A stretch of 64,000 nt of DNA from Octopus sinensis (lineage: Eukaryota), in contig NC_043003.1 in NCBI RefSeq assembly GCF_006345805.1, forward strand, positions 109,492,001-109,556,000, in the 5' to 3' direction. The position numbers were made by a program, and so were the translations under genes. The notes below the pieces were generated by a model. It worked only from the letters and a program-made list of their open reading frames with translations, did no database searches and was not told where the DNA came from. Of the stretch, positions 1 to 11,979 are shown in pieces (positions within the stretch are counted from its first letter, which is position 1; each line of letters opens with the position of its first letter).

Positions 1-925
1 AAACTGCCAACTTCACTTAAACATCTATTTGTAACACTGTTAAAATTTTCTTCATTCAAAACTGTGACCAGTTCACCTGACAAAAGATACAGCAAAACTT
101 TTTACCTGTGAACAGGTTGCAGTTTTGAACAATGAAAAAAGTCTGACACTAAATTACAAATAGATGTTTAACTGAAGCTTACTGTTTCCATGTGGTTCTG
201 AATTGCTAACTTGTGTCTTCCATACTACAATTGCTAAATACACACACACACACAAACACACAGAGTTGAGGAGTTTAGGTCAAGTTAACCAAAGCTAATA
301 GAGGTATGCAGTCAGAGTGCTCCAGTTGACAAGCCACTAGAATCCCAGTTCAAACAGGGGCTGGAGCTGAAGCTGGGGTAGAACAAATGTCCAGGTGGGA
401 GAGAACTGGCAATCAGTATCTTACCTTTGAGTCCCTAGAAATAGGTTAAATAAGAGCAAAACAATTAATCAAGGCAGGACTATGACATTTAGATTTGTTT
501 AGTTTAATTGAAGAGAGTTAATGGTAATGCAATGTAGGTAGAATTAATATAGTCTCTTACAGCTGCTTCTGGGATATCCCAGGTACTGGATTATCCTATT
601 GATCCAAGGTTCCATATACTGGGATTTCCATCATCAGAGAAATATAAGAAATATAAGTGGGAAATTATAGGCAGGAACATTTGTTGTAAAAAATGATTAG
701 CGCAGCAGAAAGTTCATGGCTTGTTATAGCTTATTGTGTTCTGGAAGAAGACAGGGGGTTTATTCAGACCCACACAAAAGAGTTCTTCCTAATGTACATT
801 CCTAGGTAAGTCTATTGTTCAAAATAAAGGTTGAGTAATGTATCCAATAGAGAGAAGCAAAAAAAATAGCGCTAAGAAGTTTGAAAGTCCATGTGATGTG
901 TGTGTGTGTGTGTATGTGTTTAGGA

Positions 926-1712
926 TAGGGGTCACCAAACTATGGCCCATAGGCCGGATCTGTACTGTGAGGTTATTTCATCCAGCCTGCCACTGTACTG
1001 TACCTTTTGTGTAAATACCTGTAATGGGAGTTCATTTGCCTCTGGTATGGCATCAGTTCTTGGAACAACTTATGTCTGTGAGCAAACATTTTCAAAAAGG
1101 AAGAACGTGAAGTCAACACATTGAACGAGGTTAACTGAGGAAACTTTGAAAGGAATTCTCTTGGTTGCATGCAGCAATTCCAAAGCAAATACTGATTATA
1201 TCTTAAAAGCTAGACACCAGTTCCACAAGTCTCACATTTTTGCTGCTCAGTTTGTGAGATTTGGATATGTGTGCACTGGGTGTGACATGACTATCACATC
1301 GTTAACGCTGCCTTCTTTGATAACTTTTTGGCTGTCTTTATTTTTTATTACGGAGATGTACTTGCATAGCGAGTGACTTGATCTGAGATTGTGTGCTGGA
1401 ATGAAAACAATTGCAGCGTGGAAGGTGTTTATAAGCCATTTAAGAAACACACAAAACTTCATGCAGCACGAAGTTTTGTCAGTGAACAGGTCGCGGTCTC
1501 AAAGCGACGAAAATATTTTGACAAATTAAATTTAAATGTTGAAGTGAATCTAACGGTTTTGTGTGTTTCTAAAATGGCTTATAAACACCTTCCATCTGCA
1601 ATTGTTTATTTTTTGTGTATTCACTGTATTGTATTGAACAAAATGGGTATACGGCCCACGTTTGTCAATCACTCAGTTATTTGGCCCACCATGAAAAGTT
1701 TGGTGACCCCTG
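926..1712 (+). mobile_element. Non-autonomous hAT (Buster/Charlie/SPIN-like) DNA transposon, internally deleted
   Basis: TIRs TAGGGGTCACCAAACT (926) and AGTTTGGTGACCCCTG (ends 1712). Perfect 8-bp TSD GTTTAGGA at 918-925 and 1713-1720 with central TA as in Buster targets. Remnant TTYVCEQTFSKRKNVKS resembles the hAT C-terminal dimerisation region. Confidence 0.85.
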
Positions 1713-2221
1713 GTTTAGGAGAACAAAAGAACATAATAATTCACTTCATGAGTATTAAATAACTTCTTCTTTTTTATCATTAAACAAGCAGAAAGTTACA
1801 AAAGTGACCCAAAGGTCAAAAGCACAAGACTTTCTGCCAATTAAAAAACAATAATAATAACATATATATATATATTCATGTGTGTGTGCGTGCGTGCGTT
1901 TGTGTATGCTGTTAGTCTATGAATCTGTTATTGTAGATGCAAAGGGTTTATTCCTTAATGGCCTCTGCAAATTATCTCCTACAAACAACAAAACTAATGA
2001 AATGACTATAATTGGGCTCTACATGCCTTTTCAAGGGTCTCTTATCTGCTTCAATGAATGCCCCAACAAAAGTAAATGCTTTATCCAGCAATGCAGCTTT
2101 GGAAACATATTAATGATGAGTGATTTCCACTTAACCTGTATTGATTGGTTCATAAATTGATTGAGACTAGACATTTGCATATCAATCTCAAATAAAACAG
2201 AAGTAAAAAAGTAAAAATATT

Positions 2222-2437
2222 CATTTCTATTCTAAGCACAAGGCCTGAAATTTTGTGGGAGGGGGCCAGTTGATTAGATGGACCCCAGTAGGCAACTGGT
2301 ATTTAATTTATTAACTCTGAAAGGATAAAAGGCAAAGATGACCTTGGCGGAATTTGAACTCAGAACGTAAAGACAGACGAAATACCGCTAAGCATTTTGC
2401 ATGGTGTGCTAACGTTTCTACCAACTTGCCGTCTTCA
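2222..2437 (-). mobile_element. SINE family B, tail variant 2
   Basis: Reverse complement of the GGCGGCGAGCTGGCAGAA...GTTCAAATTCCGCCGAGGTCGAC head with the GGCCCCCTCCC...GGCCTTGTGC tail seen in many other copies here. Confidence 0.7.
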
Positions 2438-2495
2438 GAAGTAAAAATATTGTTTAACTTCATGGGTGATTTTTTTCCTTCCCTATCTCAGCTAT

Positions 2496-2885
2496 AGGCA
2501 TGGCTGTGTGGAAAGAAGTTTGCTTCCCAACAACATGGTTTCAGGTTCAGTCCCACTGTGTCACATCTTGGACAAGTGTCTTATACTATAACCCTGGGCA
2601 GCCAAAGCCTTGTGAGTGGATTTAGTAGATAGAAATCTGAAAGAAGCCTATTGTATATGTGTATATATTATATATCTATGTGTGTATGTGTTTATCCCCC
2701 ACCGTCTCTTGACAACCAGTGTTAGTTTGTTTATATTCTTGTAACTTAGTGGTTCAGCAAAAAGAGACTGATAGAATAAGTACCAGTCTTAACAAAAGAT
2801 AAGTATTGGATCAATTCGTTCAACTAAACCCTTCAAGGCAGTATCCCAGCATGGCCACAGTCCAATGAGAGAGACAAGAAAAAAA
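2496..2885 (+). mobile_element. SINE family A (tRNA-like head, internal TA/TG microsatellite)
   Basis: Head GGCTGTGTGG...GGTTCAGTCCCACTG and tail GCATGGCCACAGTC; matches about 15 other copies in the window. Confidence 0.75.
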
Positions 2886-2896
2886 TAAACCATAAA

Positions 2897-3305
2897 AGGA
2901 GTGGCTGTGTGATAAGTAGCTTGTTTACCAACCACATGGTTCTGGGTTCAGTCCCACTGCGTGGCACCTTGGGCAAGTGTCTTCTACTATAGTCTCGGGC
3001 CAACCAAAGCCTTGTGAGTGGATTTGGTAGACGGAAACTGAAAGAAGCTCGTCATATATATGTATATATATGTAATGCATGTGTGTATATATTTGTGTGC
3101 CTGTTTTTGTCCCCCCAATATTGCTTGACAACCAATGGTTGTGTGTTTACATCCCCGTAACTTAGTAGTTCAGCAAAAAAGACTGATAGAAAAAGTATCA
3201 GATATAAAAGGATAAGTACTGGAGTTGATTCATTTGACTGAAAAATCCTCAAGGCTGTACCCCAGCATGGCCAGAACCCAATGACTAAAACAAGTAAAGA
3301 TAAGA
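2897..3305 (+). mobile_element. SINE family A, directly tandem to the previous copy
   Basis: Same head, body and tail as other A copies. Confidence 0.8.
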
Positions 3306-4154
3306 GATGATGTTGAGCAACGGGACACAACAAAAGTGACGCAGACCCAGTTTTAAGCAACCATAAGATATCAGTTTTACAAAATCTCTTCTCAGAACAT
3401 GCCATGGTTTCTCCGTGATTTTAGTTTTCAACACTCAAGATTTAAGCCAAACACACACACACTCCACCCAGCTCACTCATGTGACACTATGGATGTATAC
3501 AATGCAAACTGGAGTATATATATATATGCATGACGTATCACTTGTCAACTGGTCTTTCACACTTACTTCCCCACACTTTGAAGCATCTTGGCAGATATTT
3601 GAAGATACATTTGCCAGCAACATATGCTCAAACCACACCCCATTTTACAACAAAAATAGATGCAAGAGAGAGGATGAAAGAGAGAGAGAGAGGGGGGTGA
3701 GTGCGGAGAGAGAGAGAAAGAGAAACTCGTTTAGAAAATGAAAAGTAAACAAAAACTTTAGAGAAAAAATCAACAAATCAAGCTGATAAAAATATTGCCA
3801 ACAGCAACAAGTTTGGCAGAAAACAGAAGACTTCAATCAAAAAACTATCATATCCAGAACAGTATGATGTCTATTAATAATAATCAAAAGCCTACCAAGG
3901 TAGACGAGGCCATCAAGAGAAAATTAGACATCACCTCAAAATATTCTACTCTTTTGCCCAAAAGCAGAGAGCAGCTGTTTTATCCATTGGTCCACTGATT
4001 GAAAGAGAACAATGTTTTTGCATAACGATGTCAAAGAAATGGGGGAGATTCTGCAGAAGCAACAGTGACCCCTTTTTTTAAATGATCCCAGTGCAACTGA
4101 TTTAAATGATTTTCAGGGAGAAATAAGTAAGTAGTCTCGAGATCTAGGACTCAA

Positions 4155-4300
4155 AGGGAGGGTCGTCCAGTGCAGCATTACTCATATACCTGAGTGGATG
4201 GAACAATGTGAAATGAAGTATTTTATGCAAGAACACAGATGCACTCCCCACCGAAACCACAATCTTGTAAGTGCAGCACCACCCTAACCACTAAGCCACA
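4155..4300 (-). mobile_element. SINE family D fragment
   Basis: Reverse complement of the GTGGCTTAGTGGTTAGGGTG head and TTCATTTCACATTGTTCCA core. Confidence 0.55.
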
Positions 4301-4414
4301 GTATCAATAAAGGAAGCCCTCAATAAATCATTAAGGTTGACATTTCATGGCTTCTGCAGAGAAGGGATGGAACCTCCAAAAGCTGTGAAACCAGACAGCT
4401 ATGTTAGCAACTAC

Positions 4415-4455
<41 letters not shown>

Positions 4456-4459
<4 letters not shown>

Positions 4460-5738
4460 AGTGGGTACCCAAAAGAAACCAGAATTTTGCCATATTATTT
4501 TATTCACTTAGTCTTACATATTTACACTTTTATCACCTTCAAAGTATTCTCCATTTGAAGCAATGCAACAGTCCAGACACATTTTCGACTGTTCAAAGCA
4601 GTCCTGGAACTCTTGCGAAGTGATACCTTTTAACGCCCCTGTCGTTTTTTTTTATCTCTTCCATATCTGCAAAATGTTTTCCTTTAAGGAGTATTTTCAA
4701 CTGGGGGAACAAAAAAAAAAAATCGCAAGGAGCAAGATCGGGTGAATAGAGAGGGTGGGTAAATGGGATTATGTCATTTTGGGTCAAAAACTCACTCACA
4801 CTCAAGGCAGTGTTGCAGGTGCTTTGTTGTGATGGAACCATCACTCTCTACCTTGCCACTGGTCGGGGCGTTTTCCTGTCACCGCGTCTCGCAATCGCTT
4901 CAGAACTTCCAAGTAAAATGTCTGGTTAACAGTTTGACCAGGAGGAACAAATCCTGTGTGGGGATGATTCCTTTCACATCGATGAAACAAATCAGCATCG
5001 TATTGACATTGGGCTTCACTTGATGCCTTTTTTCTATGCATGGTGACATTGAATGCTTCCACTGACTTGATTTCAGGGTCATAGCTATAGCAGCGGCCTT
5101 CGTCACCAGTGATGACCTTCCAAAAAAGGTCAACTGTTCTTTTAGTTCATGACACGCATTCAGTTGACTGATTTTGATCTTCTGTGAGCAAGTGAGGCAC
5201 AAATTTTGTTGCAACTCTTTTCATTTGCAATTCCTTGCTCAAATTTCATTGACAGGAGCTCCAGGACACACCAGTCATATCAACAAGTTCGTCAATTGTT
5301 CAGCGACAGCCCTCCAAGACCAGTTCATGAATTTTTGTGATGTTTTCATTTGTTCGGGAGGTCGACCGTCATCTTGAACAAGGTTGGCTTTCAAGCAACA
5401 ACTGACCATTCCTAAAATGTGAAAACCACTTGTAAACTTGTGCTTTGCTCATAGTAGCTTCCTTGTCAGCTGTTTGAAGCATGACGACTGTTTCGGCTGC
5501 CATTTTCCCCAGCAGAAAATAGAATTTCATGGAAGTATGCTGTTCCTTTGTTTCAGCTTTGGCAAAAATCATTGAACAGGGGAGAAGCACTGCAAAAGAA
5601 GGATGCACCACATGGCAGTATGACTTCACTCGATGGCACTGGTCAGCAGACTGGTGCCTGACTGTCGTATCAAGTGGCTTCTAGTAGTGGAATGCCCCAC
5701 AAAGAATGTTTCTGGTTACTTTTGGGTACCCCAAAGTA
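4456..5738 (-). mobile_element. Full-length but decayed mariner (DD34D) transposon
   Basis: TA-flanked TIRs GGGTACCCAAAAGAAACCAGA (4463) and TCTGGTTACTTTTGGGTACCC (5711); about 1.28 kb. Minus-strand remnants: HTH (FLLGKMAAETVVMLQ), KFVPHLL, VITGDE, HPLYSPDLAPCDFF. Multiple stops and frameshifts. Confidence 0.9.
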
Positions 5739-5981
5739 CATTATTACTGCTCTATACTCAGCCAAGACTTTGTTCTGAAACATACATATATGGAGTTCTA
5801 TACCAGGTTATTAGTCTCACAATATCTAAGCAAAACACACACACACACACACACATAAATACACATACACACATACATACATACACACACACATAAATAC
5901 ACATGCACACACACACACACATACATATAAGAAGAAAAGTGCACAGTTAAAGAACCCAGTAAAAAGAAAATCATAACTTAC

Positions 5982-6130
5982 TTTTGAAGGCAATCAAGAA
6001 AATGTAAAAAAGATCTAGTTCGGCTGTCCTTAGTGTCAAGTCTTTTGCCAACCCTTGTAAATGGTTGGCATGGTGGACTCATAAGAACCATGTTAAAATC
6101 TAAACGATCTAACCAATCAGCAGTCAAACC
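5982..6130 (-). CDS. TRDMT1: tRNA (cytosine-38) C5-methyltransferase DNMT2, coding exon 3
   Basis: Acceptor TTTATTTGCAG (CAG at 6133-6131) and donor GTAAGT (5981-5976). 149 nt, phase 0 to 2. Encodes GLTADWLDRLDFNMVLMSPPCQPFTRVGKRLDTKDSRTRSFLHFLDCLQ with catalytic motif IV PPCQPF; in frame with exon 2. Confidence 0.95.
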
Positions 6131-6339
6131 CTGCAAATAAAGAAATAGAAAATTTTAAAGATAATTGTTTGTCCTATAATTTGTTTATAGCCAAAATGAT
6201 TGCAGGAGGGGGGGACTACAATACAAGAAAAGAGAAGCATTTTAGCCCTTTTGTATTCAGATTTTGTCTGCCAAATGTAATTTGAATTAATCATGCGTTG
6301 TTTTGTAGCTTCAAGATTTTGATGATGTAATTGTGGTTC

Positions 6340-6580
6340 TGTCCAGCAATGGTGACATGTATAAGGCACCTGTGCCAGTGACACGTTAAAGGCACCTGTG
6401 CTGGTGACATGCAAACGGTACCTGGTACACTCTGTGGAGTGGTTGGTGTAAAGAAAGGCATCCAACTGCAGCATCCAAACCAAAACAGTCTGGAGTCTGG
6501 TGCAGTTCTCCAGTTTACCAGTTCCAGTTAAACTGTCTAACCCATGCCGAGTGATTGGCAAGACATAATAAGTGCAGAAG
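6340..6580 (+). mobile_element. 5'-truncated RTE-type LINE 3' UTR copy, diverged
   Basis: GAGTGGTTGG...AAGGCATCCA...AACCCATGC motifs shared with the copy attached to RTE coding sequence at 11980-12500. Confidence 0.55.
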
Positions 6581-6859
6581 TAGCATGTGCGGAAAATGGT
6601 AGGCACCTCTTATGACAGCAGAAGACAAAAGGTAAACATAGGATAAAGGAATGACATCATCATAAGATGATGGTTCCTGAAGAAAAGTGAAGGTGATTGA
6701 CTGTCAATAAAATAATCTGATCTCATATTGGTTTTGTAAAGTGGCAGTGTATTCCATAGACAGAAATACCCTTAACATAATTCTCAGTCAGCATTGGTGT
6801 CGCAATGGATGTGATTAGACAGGTCTTTTGAATTACAGGTATCACCCATCAAACAGGAT

Positions 6860-7442
6860 CAGTGTTTTCAACTGGGGTCTATGTGGCCTCTGATGGCAGT
6901 GGGGATGGTCCACACGACAGAATAGTAGATAGGGGATCCACAATAATATTCTAAGAGGCCCTGAAAAGATTTTTCTTGAGATATATGCATTGCAAGAAAC
7001 AACTAGGCCTTTTTTCTCTAACATTTTACATACTCCGACCTACACAAGTTAAAGAGTGAAAACCAAAATAACAATTTTGAAAGAAGTTTCTTTAATACTA
7101 GCTTTTAAACAATTGAATGGCTATGGGGGTCCACCAGAATAGAATAGTAATTAGAAGGCGGCGAGCTGGCAGAATCGTTAGCATGCCGGGTGAAATGCTT
7201 AGCGGTATTTCGTCTGTCGCTACGTTCTGAGCTCAAATTCCTCCGAGGTCGACTTTGCCTTTCATCCTTTGGGGATCAATTAAATAAGTACCAGTTACAC
7301 ATTGGGGTCGATATAATCGACTTAATCTGTTTGTATGTCCTTGTTTGTCCTCTCTCTGTGTAGCCCCCTGTGGGCATTAAAGAAATAAGAATAGAATAGT
7401 AATCAAAGGGTCCACAGGTAAAAAAATGGTTGAGAACCTCTG
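6860..7442. mobile_element. hAT/Charlie-like MITE carrying a SINE insertion
   Basis: Imperfect TIRs CAGTGTTTTCAAC and GTTGAGAACCTCTG. Right flank TTCTAGAC resembles the Charlie target, but no matching left TSD. Confidence 0.4.
7152..7387 (+). mobile_element. SINE family B with target-site duplication
   Basis: Full head-to-tail copy; AGAATAGAATAGTAAT duplicated at 7136-7151 and 7388-7403. Confidence 0.9.
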
Positions 7443-7849
7443 TTCTAGACAGTTACTGTCAACTGCATGTGGTCACCTGAGTTGCTAGAAACAGTAGCCA
7501 CATCTCCCTCAAATCACACCCAAACCACCTTAAACAAAGAAACGAAACATTTAGCAATGTGTCTTTTATTCATATCCTGGCAAAAAGTTGTGATGGTCAA
7601 GGTTGGAATGCCTCTGGTCATAGGTCTGATCAATCAAGTTGATGTAGGTGTAAATGAAACTGAGAACAACTCAGTTTTATTTATGAGGCACCAATTGATT
7701 TGAAACTGTGACAGAAGACATTTCAATGAAGGTACCATGCACTGTGATTGAACCCAGTACTCCATGGCTGCAAAGCAAAGTTCTTAAGCATTCAGCCATA
7801 TCTGCAGGCTAATTTAATAATCTGAGCCAATATGGAGAAAGGAATGTTA

Positions 7850-8157
7850 CAATGATGATGATGATGATGATGATAGTGGTGGTGGACATAGTGATGATAA
7901 TGATAATGGTGGTGATGATGATGGTAGTGGTGGTGTTGATGTTGGTGATGATGATGATGTTGGAGGTGGTGTTGATGATGATGGTGGTGGTTTTGATGAT
8001 GATGGTGGGGTAGATGATGGTGATGATGATGATAATGGTGGTAGTGTTGATGATGATGCTAATGATAATGGTGATGATGATGATGGTAGTGGTGGTGTTG
8101 ATGTTGGTGATGATGATGATGATAATGGTGGTAGTGTTGATGATGATGGTGGTGGTT

Positions 8158-8189
<32 letters not shown>

Positions 8190-8232
8190 AATGACGATGA
8201 TGATGGTTGTGGTATTGGTGATGATGGTTATT
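7850..8232. repeat. Compound (GAT)n/(GGT)n microsatellite
   Basis: Directly visible; explains the Met/Val-rich and His-rich ORFs at 8014 and 8059. Confidence 0.95.
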
Positions 8233-8354
8233 ACTTTGAGGATCTGTAGTTAGTTGTAACACTAGAGTATTGAACCTGCAATCAAAGATTCTACAGATGA
8301 TGTCCCATTTCCGGTACTGATTTGTATGTGACAAAGTTATCTTGAACTAAACCT

Positions 8355-8585
8355 ATTTCTTTACTACCCACAAGGGGCTAAACATAGAGGGGACAAACAA
8401 GGACAGACATAGGTATTAAGTTGATTACATCGACCCCAGTGCGTAACTGGTACTTAATTTATCAACCCCAAAAGGATGAAAGGCTAAGTCGACCTCGGCA
8501 GAATTTGAACTCACAACATAATGACATGAAATACCGCTAAGCATTTCGCCCGGGGTGCTAACGTTTCTGCCAGCTCGCCACCTAT
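8355..8585 (-). mobile_element. SINE family B
   Basis: Full reverse-complement copy (TATTTCTTTACTACCCACAAGGGGC...GCCAGCTCGCCACC). Confidence 0.9.
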
Positions 8586-8687
8586 CTTGAACTAAACCAA
8601 CAGAGAATTGGTCTACTAACTGAGAAGTTGTTGGTTCTTATTAATTATACTATCAGCAGAAATGTACCATATCCATAAGATTTGTAA

Positions 8688-9859
8688 TTAACTCTTACGT
8701 TAGTATATTTCTACTGAAATACATTACCTTCATTGCAATTAATTTTGAAAGTAATGAAGAATTTAATAAAATAACTCACTAATAACCCTTTCATCAAAAT
8801 AGATCAGTTGAAATAGACTACCTTTATTTCAATTATGAAAATAACAAAGAACTTTGTAAAAAAAAAAAAAACCTTGCCTTTATTAATTAACCCTTTCGTC
8901 TCAATATTTCCAATGAAATACATGACAGTTTCCTTTTCAATTAATTTTGTAGATAACAAAGAAATTGGTAAAATAATTTTGTCGGTATTAACCCTTTCGC
9001 TGCCACTGCTTTCATCTCAATTTTGAGAACATTGAAGAATTCAGTGAAGTAATATTATAGTTAACGAGCCAGTTGGTGTTTGAAGAAAAATTAAGATGAA
9101 ATTTTGATGGAGCATGATCGTTGCCAGAGCAGCCAACTGGCATCCGTGCCAGTGGCACGTAAAAGGGCACCATTCGAGTGTGATCATTACCAACGTCGCC
9201 TTACTGGTACCTGTGCTGGTGGCATGTGTAAAAAGATTCGAGCGAGGTTGTTGCCAGTACCATCTGGCTGGCCCCCGTGCCCTTGGCACGTAAAAAGCAC
9301 CCGCTACACTCTCAGAGTGGTTGGCGTTAGGAAGGGCATTCAGCTGTAGAAACTCTGCCAAATCAAGATTGGAGCCTGGTGCAGCCATCTGGTTCGCCAG
9401 CCCTCAGTCAAAATCGTCCAACCCATACTAGCATGGCAAACGGACGTTAAACGATGATGATGATGATGATTATTCTGTCAAATGTGAAGCTTATTAATTC
9501 ACAATGTTTTGAATTAATCATGAATTCATAGCTCCAAGATTTTGATGATGTAATTGTCTATTTTTAGAATTACATTGTAGGCTCTGTATGAGAAGCAGGA
9601 TCTGGCTGGTTTGAAGATGAAACTGGTAAAATATTTGGGCTGGATAAGGCTGGTTTAAATGCTAAAGGGTAAAAAATGGATTTTGATTAGTATCACAGGA
9701 TCAGGGTTGTCTCAGGCTGGTTGGTATTGAAAGGGCTAAGCTGGTGTTTGGCATGTAAATTAACAGAATTCTGGGGTCTTTATTTAGATGTCTTTAAAGC
9801 AGGAAGTTTGTATCACGAAACCAAGGTCAGTCTTAGGCTGGTACCAAAATGAAAGGTAA
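8688..9859. mobile_element. Nest of TTAA-CCCTTT...AAAGGG-TTAA piggyBac-like MITEs
   Basis: Left ends TTAACCCTTTCG at 8887 and 8988 (weaker at about 8688 and 8783); right ends AAAGGGTAA 9672, AAAGGGCTAA 9739, GAAAGGTAA 9859. Confidence 0.5.
9115..9470 (+). mobile_element. RTE-type LINE 3' UTR copy with (GAT)n tail
   Basis: GTGGTTGGCGTTAGGAAGGGC...CCAACCCATACTAGCATGG...GTTAAACGATGATGATG. Confidence 0.75.
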
Positions 9860-9869
9860 AGGTGAAGTT

Positions 9870-10112
9870 ACCTTCTTGAGTCGTACCGACTCACAGGGGC
9901 TGGTTTCCCAGCTTCATGGCATCTATATTCCCCACCTGGATGGGACAGCAGATAGTCATAGGATTTACTCATTTTTGCCAGCTGAGTGGACTGGAGCAAT
10001 GTGAAATGAAGTGTCTTGCTCAAGAACTCAACAAGTCGCCCAGTCCAGTAATCGAAACCACAACCTTACGATCATGAGTCCTGACACCCTAACCACTAAG
10101 CCACACACCTCC
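9870..10112 (-). mobile_element. SINE family D, tail 1
   Basis: Reverse complement of the D head and core plus the ATGAAGCTGGGAAACCAGCCCC tail; parallels 17590-17840. Confidence 0.7.
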
Positions 10113-10212
10113 ACTGGTATCAAAATGGTTAAGGACCTCAAAGAAGGTTGTTACAGAAAGAGCAGAAAATAGGAACCGTATGTCTGTGAGACAGAAGTTT
10201 GAAAATTTACAT

Positions 10213-10628
10213 AGGTGCAGGAGTGGTTGCATGGTAGGAAGCTTGCTTTCCAACCACATGGTCTGGGGTTCAGTTCCACTGTGTGACACCTTGGGTAGGC
10301 AAGTGTCTTCTACTATAGTCTTGGGCTGGCCAAAGCCTTGTGAGTGGATCTGGTACATGGAAATTGAAAGAAGCTTGTTGTATACATGTATAAATATACC
10401 CAAGTGTGTATGTCTTTCAATCTGTGTTTACCCCCCGCATCACTGGTTGAAAGCCAGTGCTGGTGTGTTTACATCCTTGTAACTTAGCAGTTTGGCAAAA
10501 GAGACCAACAGAATAAGTACCCGGCTTTAAAAGAATAAGTACTTATGTCAATTTATTTCACTCAAGGTTCTTCAAGGTAGAGGCCCCATCATGGCTGCAA
10601 TCTAATGACTGAAACAAATAAAAGATAA
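10213..10628 (+). mobile_element. SINE family A
   Basis: Full-length diverged copy ending 40 nt from the DNMT2 exon 2 donor. Confidence 0.8.
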
Positions 10629-10666
10629 CAGTTGAAATATGGAAAAAAAAAATGGATATTACTTAC

Positions 10667-10776
10667 TTCGATGCCAGTCTCCAGAAGATTCGTGTGTGGG
10701 AAATTGTAGGAGTAAATCTTATTGGCCACAGGGTTGATGTCAATAGCGGTAACAACTTCATGAGGGATATTACTTT
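10667..10776 (-). CDS. TRDMT1: DNMT2 coding exon 2
   Basis: Acceptor TTTCTTACAG (CAG at 10779-10777) and donor GTAAGT (10666-10661). 110 nt, phase 1 to 0. Encodes (E)SNIPHEVVTAIDINPVANKIYSYNFPHTNLLETGIE, recognisably the DNMT2 segment ESCIPAQVVAAIDVNTVANEVYKYNFPHT. Confidence 0.95.
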
Positions 10777-10989
10777 CTGTAAGAAATTATAGCAGAGATA
10801 TGAACTGTAACCATAGTAATATATCAGTAATGCATCACATACAGTGATTGGCTGAGAGAATTCATACCATACACACACAAACACACATGTATAAATGCAT
10901 ATGTTACTTACATAACTCATTTGTTCATACACATATACATACACTTGCACACACATACACATACCAAAAACACATACAAACAATAAATA

Positions 10990-11225
10990 CTTAATATATA
11001 TTAGCAACAGAGACAATATTAATACCTAAAAGGTAATATTTATCCCCACTTAAATATGGATGTTCTGTTAGAACAAAGTATACTGTGGTAGATTCCACGA
11101 GAGACACTCTCACATAGGCTTCTGGTGCAGAAAGCACTCTTGTTAATATCGCTAATGGGGAGATAAACCCTTGTCATCTCCAGCGCCGAGACCACCAGAT
11201 CATGTGATTTTAACCGTCTTTGGTC
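10990..11225. repeat. Unclassified interspersed repeat, homologous to the unit duplicated at 20447-21540
   Basis: Shared AGGTAATATTTATCCCCACTTAAAT...GACCACCAGATCATGTGATTT. Confidence 0.7.
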
Positions 11226-11252
11226 TTCTTAGTGATGGACACTCAGACTGGA

Positions 11253-11597
11253 TACTCTTTTACTTGTTTCAGTCATTTGACTGTGGCCATACTGGAGCAT
11301 CGCCTTTAGTCGAGCAAATCGACCCCAGGACTTATTCTTTATAAGCCTAGTACTTATTCTATCGGTCTCCTTTGCTGAACCGCTACATTACGGGGGTGTA
11401 ATCACACCAACATCGGTTGTCAAGCGATGTTGGGGGGACAAACACAGACACACAAACATACACGCATACATATATATACATATATACGACAGGCTTCTCT
11501 TCAGTTTCCGTCTACCAAATCCACTCACAAGGCTTTGGTCAACCCGAGGCTATAGTAGAAGACACTTGACCAAGGTGCCACACAGTGGGACTGAACC
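11253..11597 (-). mobile_element. SINE family A, young copy
   Basis: Reverse-complement tail and body; the extreme head is truncated. Confidence 0.85.
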
Positions 11598-11979
11598 CAT
11601 GAGGTTGGTTGGTTTAAATACTAAAGGGTTAATAGAAAATATATCACCAAAACCACCAATCATTCGTGATGTCAGCTTCAGTTCTAAGTTTCCATCAACT
11701 GAGCAATAAAATAAAATACTCATCTATCTTTTATTTGTTTCAGTCATTTGACTGTGGCCATGCTGGGGCACCACCTTCAAAGGCTTTTTAGTGAAACAAA
11801 TTGACCCAGGGCTTATTTTTTTTCAGCCTAGTACTTATTCTATCAGTTTCTTTTGCTGAACTGGTAAGTTATGGGAATGTAAACACACTAACACCAGTTG
11901 TCAAGCAGTGAGGGTGGTGGGGCAGGGTGGGCTGACACAGACAAGAATATACACCCACACACATATCCATGCATATCAT

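Noticed and set aside
3567-3630. Minus-strand HMLLANV segment with a GTAAGT donor as the DNMT2 motif VI (ILLENV) exon
   Set aside because: Lacks the catalytic Glu and the following KGFE, and has no acceptor; the true exon is probably left of the window.
6607-6676. Possible extra minus-strand exon (EPSSYDDVIPLSYVYLLSSAVIR) in DNMT2 intron 2
   Set aside because: 70 nt would shift the frame, the donor is weak, and exons 2 and 3 already join with no gap in homology.
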